From Roseburia sp. AF12-17LB (GTDB lineage: Bacteria; Bacillota_I; Bacilli_A; RF39; UBA660), in contig CAVDCT010000005.1 of assembly GCA_963607615.1 (NCBI GenBank), positions 30,754 to 94,753 on the forward strand: a stretch of 64,000 nucleotides of DNA, written 5' to 3'. The notes under the pieces were generated by a model. That model was not told the DNA's origin. It made no database searches and saw only the letters and a list, made by a program, of their open reading frames with translations. This document shows positions 39,763-48,721 of this stretch, in pieces. How positions within the stretch are numbered: the first letter of the stretch is position 1; the number at the start of each line of letters is the position of its first letter. A program made the translations under genes and the position numbers.

Positions 39763-41958
39763 ATGAAAAATATTATAAATGGTATATATAAATATTTTTT
39801 GATTTTTATGTTACTACTTTGGATTTTTATTTCGTGGTCCTCTATATTTAATATTTATCCAACTATGGGAAACGATATTGAATTATCATCATTAGTTATT
39901 ATGTTAGGTGTAAGTTTAGTTTTATTATTTTTAGTTTTTATATATAGAAAAATTATTTTATACTCTGAAAAAATGCATAATAAAATAGCATTTTTTCTAT
40001 GTATATTTTCATTTATAATATTATGCGTTTGGGGATTAACTCATAAGGTATTGTTTACCTATGATTTAAATCATATTGTAGATGAAGTTTATGTCTTATT
40101 AAATAATAAAAATCATATAGTTGGTGATTCTTATTATTTTTCATTATACCCTAACCAAATACCTTTATTTATACTTATATATTTTATTAGTTTTTTAGGT
40201 TCATTATTAGGTATTCAACCTGGTGTATCAATGATTATTTATAATTGTTTTATGATTGCATTGTCATTTTTGTTTATGTATAAAATATTAAAAGAGATTT
40301 TCAATAGTAAAATAGCATTAATTGGATTAATATTAATGATGTTAATCCCAGATTTTTATTTGTATTCTAGTTATTATTATACTGATATAATTTCTATTCC
40401 TTTTTCAATAATTGGATTTTATCTAATTATAAAATCTGATAAAGAAGAAGGCAAACTCTCTTTGGTTTTTCGAATTTTAGGAGGAGTATTGTTTGCTATT
40501 GGGTTTAAAATAAGAGTTGTGACAGTTTTCTTATTGCTCTCTTATTTTATAATTATAATATTTAAAGATAAATTTATAACTAATTTAAAGAGATTAATTC
40601 CTATTGCTGTAGCGTTTGTATGTATATTATTATTATATTCTAATGTTGCAGAACCATATTTTAAAATCAATATTAATAATAGTTATACTTTACCGGCAAC
40701 GCACTGGATAATGATGGGATCAAATACAGCTAATGATGGTAGTTATTCTGATGATGATGTTAGATATTCAGTTAATGCTGAAAATAAAATTGATGCTAAT
40801 TTGAGCAAGTTGAAAGAACGTTCTAAAAAAATTGATTTAAAATTTATAAATAACAAAATTAGACGTGTTTGGTCACAAGGTGATCATGATGTGACTAGAA
40901 AATATACTAATATAGAAAAAGTTGACAGTTTATATAAATTAATTATAGGTAGAGGTTCTATTTTTGTTAAATATTTAGAGCAAATAACAAAGGTTACTGT
41001 CTACATTCTTTTCTTGATTGCACTTGCAAACGATTTATTTCTTAAACAATCTATAATTAAAAGTAAAACGTCTGTTATTTTTGTTTCAATATTTGGTGCC
41101 TTTTTATTTTATTTATTTTGGGAGGCTTTATCGCGTTATAGTTTTTCTTTTATGCCATGGATTATTATAGCCGGGGCATATAGCGTTACTTTAATAGATA
41201 ATGCGCTTAAAATAAATACGATCTCTTTTGATCATAAAAAAATATACATTTATCCATTTAGAAAAATGTTAGGAATAGTACTTATAGTTTTCATGTTTTT
41301 AACTCTATTTCTTGGTTTTCTTAATTATTCCGTAAAAAAAAGAAACATTAATTTTATTAGATATAGCCAATATAGTACTAATGATAATGTACATATTGTT
41401 AACAATGAAATAAAACAAGTTTTTAGAGTAGATAAGGATTTTAATACTATTGAATTAGTATTCAATAAAGATAAATTAAATAAAGAAATTGATTATGAGT
41501 TTGAACTATATGATAATGATGACAATCTTATTTATACCAAAACATTTGATACTACATGGGCAACAAAGAATAAATATACTAAATTTAAATTTCCTCGCCA
41601 AAAAGTTAAAGGTAGTCAGGAATATTATTTTAAAATATATTCTAGTGACTCTAGTGAGAATAATTATTTGAATGTGGGGGTATCAACAATTGATAATTGT
41701 AAAAATAAGAATATTTATGAAAAAAATTTAGGATATGATGTTAATCCTAATGGTGAAACATATAGTGATGATAAGTTGTTGTGTAGCGAGTTACGATATA
41801 AAATAATAGATAATAAAAAAGGTAATATTATTAGTAAAAAGGTATTTATTATGATTTCTTTAGTTATATTTATCATAACATTGTATTGTTCTTATACTTT
41901 ATTGATTAATAATAATCGAAGAATTAAAAGAGTAAGAGTTAATAAGGAGGAGTTATAA
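39763..41958 (+). CDS. Polytopic membrane protein, putative GT-C-fold glycosyltransferase (PMT/ArnT/YfhO-like), paralogue A
   Basis: About 11 or more TM helices, an acidic DE-containing first outer loop (DLNHIVDEVYVL), a soluble domain of ~200 aa and a final C-terminal TM. The family assignment is tentative. Confidence 0.45.
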   Translation: MKNIINGIYKYFLIFMLLLWIFISWSSIFNIYPTMGNDIELSSLVIMLGVSLVLLFLVFIYRKIILYSEKMHNKIAFFLCIFSFIILCVWGLTHKVLFTYDLNHIVDEVYVLLNNKNHIVGDSYYFSLYPNQIPLFILIYFISFLGSLLGIQPGVSMIIYNCFMIALSFLFMYKILKEIFNSKIALIGLILMMLIPDFYLYSSYYYTDIISIPFSIIGFYLIIKSDKEEGKLSLVFRILGGVLFAIGFKIRVVTVFLLLSYFIIIIFKDKFITNLKRLIPIAVAFVCILLLYSNVAEPYFKININNSYTLPATHWIMMGSNTANDGSYSDDDVRYSVNAENKIDANLSKLKERSKKIDLKFINNKIRRVWSQGDHDVTRKYTNIEKVDSLYKLIIGRGSIFVKYLEQITKVTVYILFLIALANDLFLKQSIIKSKTSVIFVSIFGAFLFYLFWEALSRYSFSFMPWIIIAGAYSVTLIDNALKINTISFDHKKIYIYPFRKMLGIVLIVFMFLTLFLGFLNYSVKKRNINFIRYSQYSTNDNVHIVNNEIKQVFRVDKDFNTIELVFNKDKLNKEIDYEFELYDNDDNLIYTKTFDTTWATKNKYTKFKFPRQKVKGSQEYYFKIYSSDSSENNYLNVGVSTIDNCKNKNIYEKNLGYDVNPNGETYSDDKLLCSELRYKIIDNKKGNIISKKVFIMISLVIFIITLYCSYTLLINNNRRIKRVRVNKEEL

Positions 41959-44159
41959 TGAGTAATATAAAAAATAAAGCATATAAAATATTATCAGTAA
42001 TTATGCTTTTAATATGGGGATTTATTACTTATTCTTCAATATTTAATGTTTATCAAATCCGTGGTTTTTATGGTAAACCAGTATTACCACTTTTGATTGT
42101 ATTAGGAATTATTGTGTTATTATTGATGTTAGTAATGATTTATAAAAAAATAGAAAATTATAATGAGAAAATTCATAATAAGATTGCTTTAATCATAATT
42201 GGAATTTCTTTTATAGTATTACTTTGTTTTAGTTTAACTTATCAAGCTATTACAACTTATGATCTTAGTCACATTGTTGATCAGGTAAAAATGTTATTAA
42301 ATAATCATACTCATATTGTCGGAGATAATAATTACTTTTCAGTATATCCTAATCAAATCCCTTTATTTGTATTCGTATATTTTATGTCATTACTTGCTAC
42401 TATTATTAAAGTTGATCCAAATAATTTTATGATAATAATAAATTGTATATTAATAGCATTATCCTTCGAATTTACATATAAAATATTGAAAAAATTATTT
42501 GATAGTAGAATAGCATTAATAGGATTAATATTATTAGTTTTATGTCCTGATTTTTATTTATATGCAAGTTATTATTATACTGATATATTATGTATTCCAT
42601 TTTCTATTATTGGTTATTATTGTTTAATAATGTTAGATTATGAACCAAGAAAAAGAGGATATTTATATGGATTAATTGCTGGAATAATGTTTGCAATAGG
42701 GTGTAAGTTACGAGTTGTATCTGTATTTTTATTAATTGCTTTTATTATAGATGTTATATTAAAGAACAATATTAAAAATAGTATTAAAAAAATTGTACCA
42801 GTAATGATATCATTTATTGTTTTGGTATCATTGTATAGTAAGGTACTGGAGCCATACTTTAAAATTAATATTGATGATAAATATACTTTACCGTTTACAC
42901 ATTGGATAATGATGGGAGCTAATACTAATACAGATGGCGGATATGATTCATCTGATATAAATCTTACATTGTCGTATGATAATAAAATTAAAGGAAATAT
43001 AAATGAAATTAATAATCGAATAAAGAATCAAGATTTATTATTTGTAAGCAATAAGATTAGGCGAGTCTGGTCAAGTGGAGAATATGATAGTTTGCATAAG
43101 TATCAAAATGTTTCTAAAATAGATAATACCTATAATTTATTAATAGGTGAAGGTAGTATTGTTATTAGATATTTCCAACAAATACTAAAAGCTACAATTT
43201 ATTTATTATTTTTGATAACTATTGGTAGTCAATTATTAAGTAAAAATAAATATGAAGATAGTAAAGTTTCTAATTTAATTATATCAGTTTTTGGTGCTTT
43301 TATCTTTTATCTATTTTGGGAGGCTTTATCACGCTATAGTTTTTCGTTTTTACCATGGATTGTTATCGGAAGTTCGACAAGTATTAAAGGTATAGAACAG
43401 ATTTTGAAATACAAAACTCTTTCTTTTGATAAGAAAAAAATAAATTTAGTGCCTGCAAAAAAATGTTTGGGTATATTTGTGATTATATCTATGATTTTAT
43501 ATATAGGAATTGGTTTTTTTGAATATTGTATTAAAGAAGAAAAATATCCTCAAATAATTAGTAGGCAATATTCTGCTAATGGAAAATTAAAAATAGAGGG
43601 TAGTGGTTTGAAACAAGAATTTACTATATCTAGAGATTTTAATAATATTTCTTTATTTTTTAAGGCTAGTAAAAAAATGCGTAATCGAGATTATAAATTT
43701 GAACTATATAATGAAGACGATGAACTTTTATATTCTAGAAAGTTTAATACTGATTTGCTCAAAAAACACGATATGGTCGATTTTAAATTTCCTAAAGAAA
43801 AAGTTAATAGTAAGAAAACATATTATTTTAAGATATATCCACTTAAAGAAGCTGAAGAAGATAAAGCTCTATATATAAAAACTTATGTAATTGATAATTG
43901 TACAAGTAGTAAGAAAAAGAATGATGGATATGATGTTAATCCTAATGGTAAAACATATATGGATGATAAATTAGTTTGCGATGAAGTAGCTTTAGTGATC
44001 TCTAATGTTAATAAGCATGCCAAAATTGGGAAAAAATATTATATACCAATGGCTTTAGTAGTGTTATTTATAACATTTATATCAGTTAACTCACTTCTAT
44101 TAAAAAACAATGTAGTTAAATCAAAAACAAGGAAAAAAGTGTTAACTCATAAGAATTGA
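41958..44159 (+). CDS. Polytopic membrane protein, putative GT-C-fold glycosyltransferase, paralogue B
   Basis: Clearly paralogous to the upstream gene; e.g. YPNQIPLF...RIALIGLIL...PDFYLY.SYYYTDI..IPFSIIG.Y are shared. Same architecture. ATAATG stop/start overlap. Confidence 0.45.
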   Translation: MSNIKNKAYKILSVIMLLIWGFITYSSIFNVYQIRGFYGKPVLPLLIVLGIIVLLLMLVMIYKKIENYNEKIHNKIALIIIGISFIVLLCFSLTYQAITTYDLSHIVDQVKMLLNNHTHIVGDNNYFSVYPNQIPLFVFVYFMSLLATIIKVDPNNFMIIINCILIALSFEFTYKILKKLFDSRIALIGLILLVLCPDFYLYASYYYTDILCIPFSIIGYYCLIMLDYEPRKRGYLYGLIAGIMFAIGCKLRVVSVFLLIAFIIDVILKNNIKNSIKKIVPVMISFIVLVSLYSKVLEPYFKINIDDKYTLPFTHWIMMGANTNTDGGYDSSDINLTLSYDNKIKGNINEINNRIKNQDLLFVSNKIRRVWSSGEYDSLHKYQNVSKIDNTYNLLIGEGSIVIRYFQQILKATIYLLFLITIGSQLLSKNKYEDSKVSNLIISVFGAFIFYLFWEALSRYSFSFLPWIVIGSSTSIKGIEQILKYKTLSFDKKKINLVPAKKCLGIFVIISMILYIGIGFFEYCIKEEKYPQIISRQYSANGKLKIEGSGLKQEFTISRDFNNISLFFKASKKMRNRDYKFELYNEDDELLYSRKFNTDLLKKHDMVDFKFPKEKVNSKKTYYFKIYPLKEAEEDKALYIKTYVIDNCTSSKKKNDGYDVNPNGKTYMDDKLVCDEVALVISNVNKHAKIGKKYYIPMALVVLFITFISVNSLLLKNNVVKSKTRKKVLTHKN

Positions 44160-44250
44160 TAATAAGGTTATATTTTATAAATGTTACAAATGTATTGTTG
44201 TATAATGAATTTACATCGTGATATAATTAAGATAATTAATGAGGTGTATT

Positions 44251-45387
44251 ATGACAGTTATAATAAAAATTGGAACTATATTTCTAAATATTATTTACTT
44301 TTTTCTTAAACTTTGTCCTACTCAAAATAAAATTACAATGATTAGTAGACAAAGTGATAAAGAAACAATGGATTTTAAATTACTTAGAAAAGAAATAACT
44401 AAAAGAGATAATAAATTGAAAGTAGTTATACTTTGCCATAAGTTGGATGGTGGAATTAATTCAACAATAATAACTAGATTGAAGTATATTTTTCATATGT
44501 TTAAACAGATGTATCATATTGCTACTTCTAGAGTTGTCATATTAGATTCATATTGTATTGTTGTATCAATTTTAAAACATAAGAAGCGATTAAGGGTAAT
44601 TCAAATATGGCATTCTATGGGAACAATGAAAAAATTTGGCTATGCTGTTTTAGGACTAGAAGAGGGTAGTAACGAACGTGTAGCAAAGGCTATGAAAATG
44701 CATAGAAATTATGATTATATTTTTGCTAGTAGTGAGGCCTATAAAAGTCATTTAGCAAGTGGTTTTAATTATACAACAAAAAATATATTAACATATCCAT
44801 TACCACGATATGATTTGTTGAAAGATAGTGAGTTTCAGCAAAAATGTAAGAATAAAATAGAAAATACTTATCCAAATTTAAAGAAGAATAAAAACATTAT
44901 TTATTGTCCAACATTTAGAAAAGATGAGAGCGAACTTGATGAAGCTATAAAAAAGTTAATAGATTGTGTTGATACTAAAAAGTATAATTTAGTTATAAAG
45001 TTGCATCCTTTATCTAAAATAAAGCTTAGCAATGCTAAAAAGGGAGTTATCATAGATACGAAGTATCCAACGTTTGATATGTTAGCAATAGCTGATTATG
45101 TTATCAGTGATTACTCTTGTGTTATATATGAAGCTGCAATAAAAAATATTCCGTTATATTTTTATAATTTTGATATGAATTTATATACAAATAGTAGGGG
45201 ACTTGCAATAGATTACAATAATGAATTACCAGGAGTAATATCCAGTGATCCGAGAGTTATTATTAATGATATAGAGAAGAATAATTATGATTATCTAGAA
45301 TTAAAGAAATTTACTGATAAATATGTTAAACCTACAAAACATGCTACTGCTGATATAGTTGATTTCATATTTAAAATAATGATATAA
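44251..45387 (+). CDS. CDP-glycerol glycerophosphotransferase family protein (TagB-like, short form)
   Basis: IWHSMGTMKKFGY, CPTFRKDE and ISDYSCVIYEAAIKNIPLYFY motifs of the TagB/TagF family. GAGGTG RBS before the ATG at 44251. Confidence 0.7.
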   Translation: MTVIIKIGTIFLNIIYFFLKLCPTQNKITMISRQSDKETMDFKLLRKEITKRDNKLKVVILCHKLDGGINSTIITRLKYIFHMFKQMYHIATSRVVILDSYCIVVSILKHKKRLRVIQIWHSMGTMKKFGYAVLGLEEGSNERVAKAMKMHRNYDYIFASSEAYKSHLASGFNYTTKNILTYPLPRYDLLKDSEFQQKCKNKIENTYPNLKKNKNIIYCPTFRKDESELDEAIKKLIDCVDTKKYNLVIKLHPLSKIKLSNAKKGVIIDTKYPTFDMLAIADYVISDYSCVIYEAAIKNIPLYFYNFDMNLYTNSRGLAIDYNNELPGVISSDPRVIINDIEKNNYDYLELKKFTDKYVKPTKHATADIVDFIFKIMI

Positions 45388-45413
45388 TGAATATATACGA
45401 TGGGAGAGATAGG

Positions 45414-46280
45414 ATGAGTAAACAAAAAAATATAGCAATTATATTTGCTGGAGGAACAGGACAACGCTTTGGGTCAGAAATACCTAAACAATTTGTTAAT
45501 ATATATGGAAAACAAATTATTGTTCATACATTGGAAGCTTTTCAAAATCATCCAGAAATTGATGAAATATATATTGGGTGTATTAGTGATTGGATTCCAT
45601 ATTTAGAAAAATTAATAGATTATTATGGTATAAGTAAGGTTCCAAAAGATGGTATTGTTTCTGGCGGAGAAAGTGGTCAAGATACAATTTATAAAATTTT
45701 ATGTAAGGCTAGAGAATATAGTAAAGATGAAGACATTGTTTTGATTCATGATGGTGTAAGACCAATTGTTACTAGTGAGGAAATAAGCGCTAATATTGAA
45801 TCAGTGAAAAAGTATGGTTCTGGTATAACTTGTATTCCATTTTCAGAAACACCTGTTTTTAGTGAAAGTGGTCAATTTATTGACAAAACTTTAGATCGTA
45901 AGCAAATGTTCAGGGGTGTAGCACCTCAAAGTTTTAGGTTGAAACATATTTTGGATGCTCATTTAAAAATACGAGAAAATGATCCAGGATATAGTGGGAT
46001 TTATAATGGTGGTACTATTGTTGATTCTGCATCTTTAGTTAAGGCTGCATTTGATGAAAATTGTGCTATTGTTGAAGGAAATCCTAATAATATGAAGGTA
46101 ACTAATATGGGAGATTTCTTTGCTTTGCTTGGAATATTACAAAGTAATGATATAGCTAATTATTTCATAGGACAAAAAGCTAATTCTTTTCCTTTGAATT
46201 CTGCTATGCTTTATTCTCAACAAAAGGAAGAAAAATTAACTGGTAAACGAAAGTTAGGAGATGAAAATAATGATTATTAA
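45414..46280 (+). CDS. IspD/TarI-family cytidylyltransferase (putative CDP-alditol synthase, e.g. ribitol-5-phosphate cytidylyltransferase)
   Basis: IAIIFAGGTGQRFGSEIPKQFVNIYGKQIIVHTLEAF N-terminal signature of the IspD/TarI family. Confidence 0.75.
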   Translation: MSKQKNIAIIFAGGTGQRFGSEIPKQFVNIYGKQIIVHTLEAFQNHPEIDEIYIGCISDWIPYLEKLIDYYGISKVPKDGIVSGGESGQDTIYKILCKAREYSKDEDIVLIHDGVRPIVTSEEISANIESVKKYGSGITCIPFSETPVFSESGQFIDKTLDRKQMFRGVAPQSFRLKHILDAHLKIRENDPGYSGIYNGGTIVDSASLVKAAFDENCAIVEGNPNNMKVTNMGDFFALLGILQSNDIANYFIGQKANSFPLNSAMLYSQQKEEKLTGKRKLGDENNDY

Positions 46281-47373
46281 TGAAGTTATTGATGAGGATA
46301 CACAACAAATAATAGATGAAAATAACGGACTTGAAGAATTAAACAATTGTACTGTGTTAATAACTGGAGCTAGTGGTATGATTGGTAGCTATTTCGTGTA
46401 TACTTTGATGAAATTAAATGAAGACTATGGAAGAAATATTACAATTATTCCTGTGGTTAGAAATTTAAATAAATTGTCTAGTCAAGTTTTAGAAAAGACA
46501 TACGTTTACCCAATTGTTCAAGATGTATGTACACCGCTTACGTATGAAGGTAGTGTTGATTATGTTATTCATGCAGCATCGCCTGCAAGCCCTAAAATAA
46601 TGAAAGAACATCCAGTTGAAACTAATTTTGCTAATACAATTGGAACTGCTAATACGTTGATGTTTTCTTTGAATAAAAAAGTTAAAGGATATTTATATAT
46701 ATCTTCTAGGGAAATTTATGGGCAACCAATGCCTGGACAGGAAGTTTTTACTGAAGACGGTCCTTTAGGTCAAGTTGATCCTTTAGTTCCAAGAAACGGA
46801 TATGCTGAGGGTAAGAAAGCTGCAGAAAATATGTGTAGTGGTTTTAAGGAAGAACATGGTTTAAATACTAAGATTGTTCGTTTAGCACATACATATGGTC
46901 CAGGAATGTCTATTTATGATGGACGTGTACAAGCTGATTTTTTAAAAAATATTGTTAATAATGAAAATATAGTGTTAAAAAGTGATGGTTCTTCAGTTAG
47001 AACTTATACTTATATAAGCGATGCCGTTAGTGCTATGTTTAAAGTTTTACTTTCGAGTAAAGATTTAGTTTATAATATCGCGGATGAACGTAATAAAACA
47101 TCAATTAGAGAGTTAGCTGAAACTTTAGTTAGTATTTATCCAGAAAAAAATTTAAAATTGGTTTTTGATATACCAAAAAGCGATGTTAATCAAGGTACAG
47201 CATCTTTTACTTTGGGAATTTTATCAACGAAAAAGATTAAAAATGAATTGGGATGGCAAGCCAAATATAATACAAAAGAAGGATTTGCTAGGACCTTAAG
47301 ATATTTAAATTTAACTATGGAAAAAGATAAAAATATTGAAAAAGATAGAAATAAAGTTAAATCTTTGCAATAA
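46270..47373 (+). CDS. NAD-dependent epimerase/dehydratase (extended SDR) family protein, possible sugar-phosphate reductase partner of TarI
   Basis: LITGASGMIGSYFV Rossmann motif and a Y...K active-site pattern (NGYAEGKKAAE). Overlaps the cytidylyltransferase gene. Confidence 0.7.
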   Translation: MIINEVIDEDTQQIIDENNGLEELNNCTVLITGASGMIGSYFVYTLMKLNEDYGRNITIIPVVRNLNKLSSQVLEKTYVYPIVQDVCTPLTYEGSVDYVIHAASPASPKIMKEHPVETNFANTIGTANTLMFSLNKKVKGYLYISSREIYGQPMPGQEVFTEDGPLGQVDPLVPRNGYAEGKKAAENMCSGFKEEHGLNTKIVRLAHTYGPGMSIYDGRVQADFLKNIVNNENIVLKSDGSSVRTYTYISDAVSAMFKVLLSSKDLVYNIADERNKTSIRELAETLVSIYPEKNLKLVFDIPKSDVNQGTASFTLGILSTKKIKNELGWQAKYNTKEGFARTLRYLNLTMEKDKNIEKDRNKVKSLQ

Positions 47374-47409
47374 TATTTTTTTATAGACATATATATTATA
47401 GTGTTAGAT

Positions 47410-47438
47410 TTGACAAAAAGACTAAACAATGATAAAAT
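47410..47438 (+). promoter_or_regulatory. Sigma-A promoter driving the non-coding region
   Basis: TTGACA (47410-47415), a 17-nt spacer, then TAAAAT (47433-47438). Confidence 0.55.
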
Positions 47439-47444
47439 TTAATT

Positions 47445-48054
47445 CATTCATGGCGCATTATTCTAGTCAATAATATTTATCATGAGGGCGGGACTAAAAA
47501 ACCGCATAAGAGCATAACTGTGAAACTTCTGGTGTTTGCTTTTTACGCCCAGTTTAGGGTGAATGCTGGAAGGTAGAGTGTTGGGCATCCACAATGGCAT
47601 GTGCAAATGACCCACCATTCATGGAGACCTATTTATGTGTTAAGCCTATACGTTCCATACTGATGGACTTAATACGGAATAGGATTAAACCTATCATGTG
47701 ACGCAAGTTATGGGTAGTGTAGCTTGTCTTGAGTGATTATTGGGGATAATATAGTATTAATAATACAGTAGCTAAGTTTATTAATGATTTCTTGTTTGAA
47801 ACAATAGTTGCAAAAAAGTACTAGTGATAAATTAATTGGGGAGGAAATCTCCTAGAGTGTATTAATATAGGATTATAGTGCGTACTAAGTGGTAATCAAG
47901 CCATATAACCAGTGATGTTATATTAGTTTCCTTAAAGGGGAACCGCAATTAGGTAACGAGTTGTGGAAACTAGAGAAATTCTGCTTGACCTATGACGTAA
48001 AGTTAACTATGTTAAATGCCATTAATGTTCAAAGGACAGATGTCCTTTTTTTTG
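47445..48054 (+). ncRNA. Large (~610 nt) structured non-coding RNA; candidate OLE-like (or other large ornate) ncRNA
   Basis: No ORF longer than 60 aa in any frame. Local GC is clearly higher than the flanking ~28% (GGGCGGG, CGCCC, GGGCATCCACAATGGCATG segments). Many internal complementary segments (GGGCG...CGCCC, GGAGGAAATCTCC, GTTTCCttaaaGGGGAAC). Bounded by a canonical promoter and an intrinsic terminator on the + strand. Lacks tmRNA, RNase P and SRP hallmark motifs. Confidence 0.5.
48031..48054 (+). terminator. Rho-independent terminator at the ncRNA 3' end
   Basis: AAAGGAC-agat-GTCCTTT hairpin followed by TTTTTTT. Confidence 0.7.
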
Positions 48055-48088
48055 TTGCATTAAATATATGCCGAAATTAGTACTTTGA

Positions 48089-48117
48089 TTGACAAAGTTA
48101 TATAAATAAGATAAAAT
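48089..48117 (+). promoter_or_regulatory. Sigma-A promoter for the downstream small membrane-protein gene
   Basis: TTGACA (48089-48094), a 17-nt spacer, then TAAAAT (48112-48117). Nearly the same -35/-10 flavour as the ncRNA promoter. Confidence 0.5.
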
Positions 48118-48144
48118 GATGATGGTTATATATTGGGGGTATTT

Positions 48145-48711
48145 ATGTCGAAGGATGATAGTAAACGGATAGAAAAGAAAAAAAACAAAAAAATAGCTAA
48201 CTTAAAATGGAGTTTTAGTTTAATGGGGATAGCTGCTTTGATATCTATTATATTATCATTTATATCAGAGATTGCTATGCGTGATGTTAGTTTATTAGTT
48301 GGAACTTTTGTTATTATTGTTTTTATCGGTATTGGAGTTTTATTTGATACTATTGGTGTAGCAGTAACTAGTGCAGATGAGGCACCTTTTCATTCCATGA
48401 GTTCTAAAAGAGTTAAGGGTGCTAAAATGGCTGTTATGTTAAAGAAGAATTCTGACAAAGTATCATCTTTTTGTTGTGATGTTATTGGGGATATTTGTGG
48501 AATTGTATCGGGTGCTGCAGGAGTTGCTGTTGCTAGTAAGATGACTTTATTGTTTGGTATATATACTGTTATTAGTGGTTTAATTGTAACTGGATTCATA
48601 GCAGCTCTTACAATCGGTGGAAAGTCATTTGAAAAGGCTATTGCAATAAATAATGGTAATAAAATATTATATGAATTTGCTAAAGTTTTAAGTATCTTCA
48701 GCAAAAATTGA
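48145..48711 (+). CDS. Small four-TM membrane protein (possible OapA-like OLE-associated protein; otherwise unknown function)
   Basis: About 189 aa with roughly four predicted TM helices (IAALISIILSFISEIAM; LLVGTFVIIVFIGIGVLF; ICGIVSGAAGVAVA; TVISGLIVTGFIAALTIGG). GGGGG RBS 5 nt before the ATG at 48145. Confidence 0.55.
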   Translation: MSKDDSKRIEKKKNKKIANLKWSFSLMGIAALISIILSFISEIAMRDVSLLVGTFVIIVFIGIGVLFDTIGVAVTSADEAPFHSMSSKRVKGAKMAVMLKKNSDKVSSFCCDVIGDICGIVSGAAGVAVASKMTLLFGIYTVISGLIVTGFIAALTIGGKSFEKAIAINNGNKILYEFAKVLSIFSKN

Positions 48712-48721
48712 TGGAGGAATT

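Noticed and set aside
47445-48054. Possibility that the large non-coding element is tmRNA, RNase P RNA, SRP RNA or a long riboswitch leader
   Set aside because: There is no tRNA-like 3' end (GGTTCGAnTCC...CCA) and no tag-peptide reading frame, which rules out tmRNA. There is no AGGAAAGTCC / ACAGAA RNase P core motif. It is far longer than SRP or 6S RNA. A strong terminator plus a fresh promoter separate it from the downstream gene, so it is not simply a 5' UTR riboswitch.
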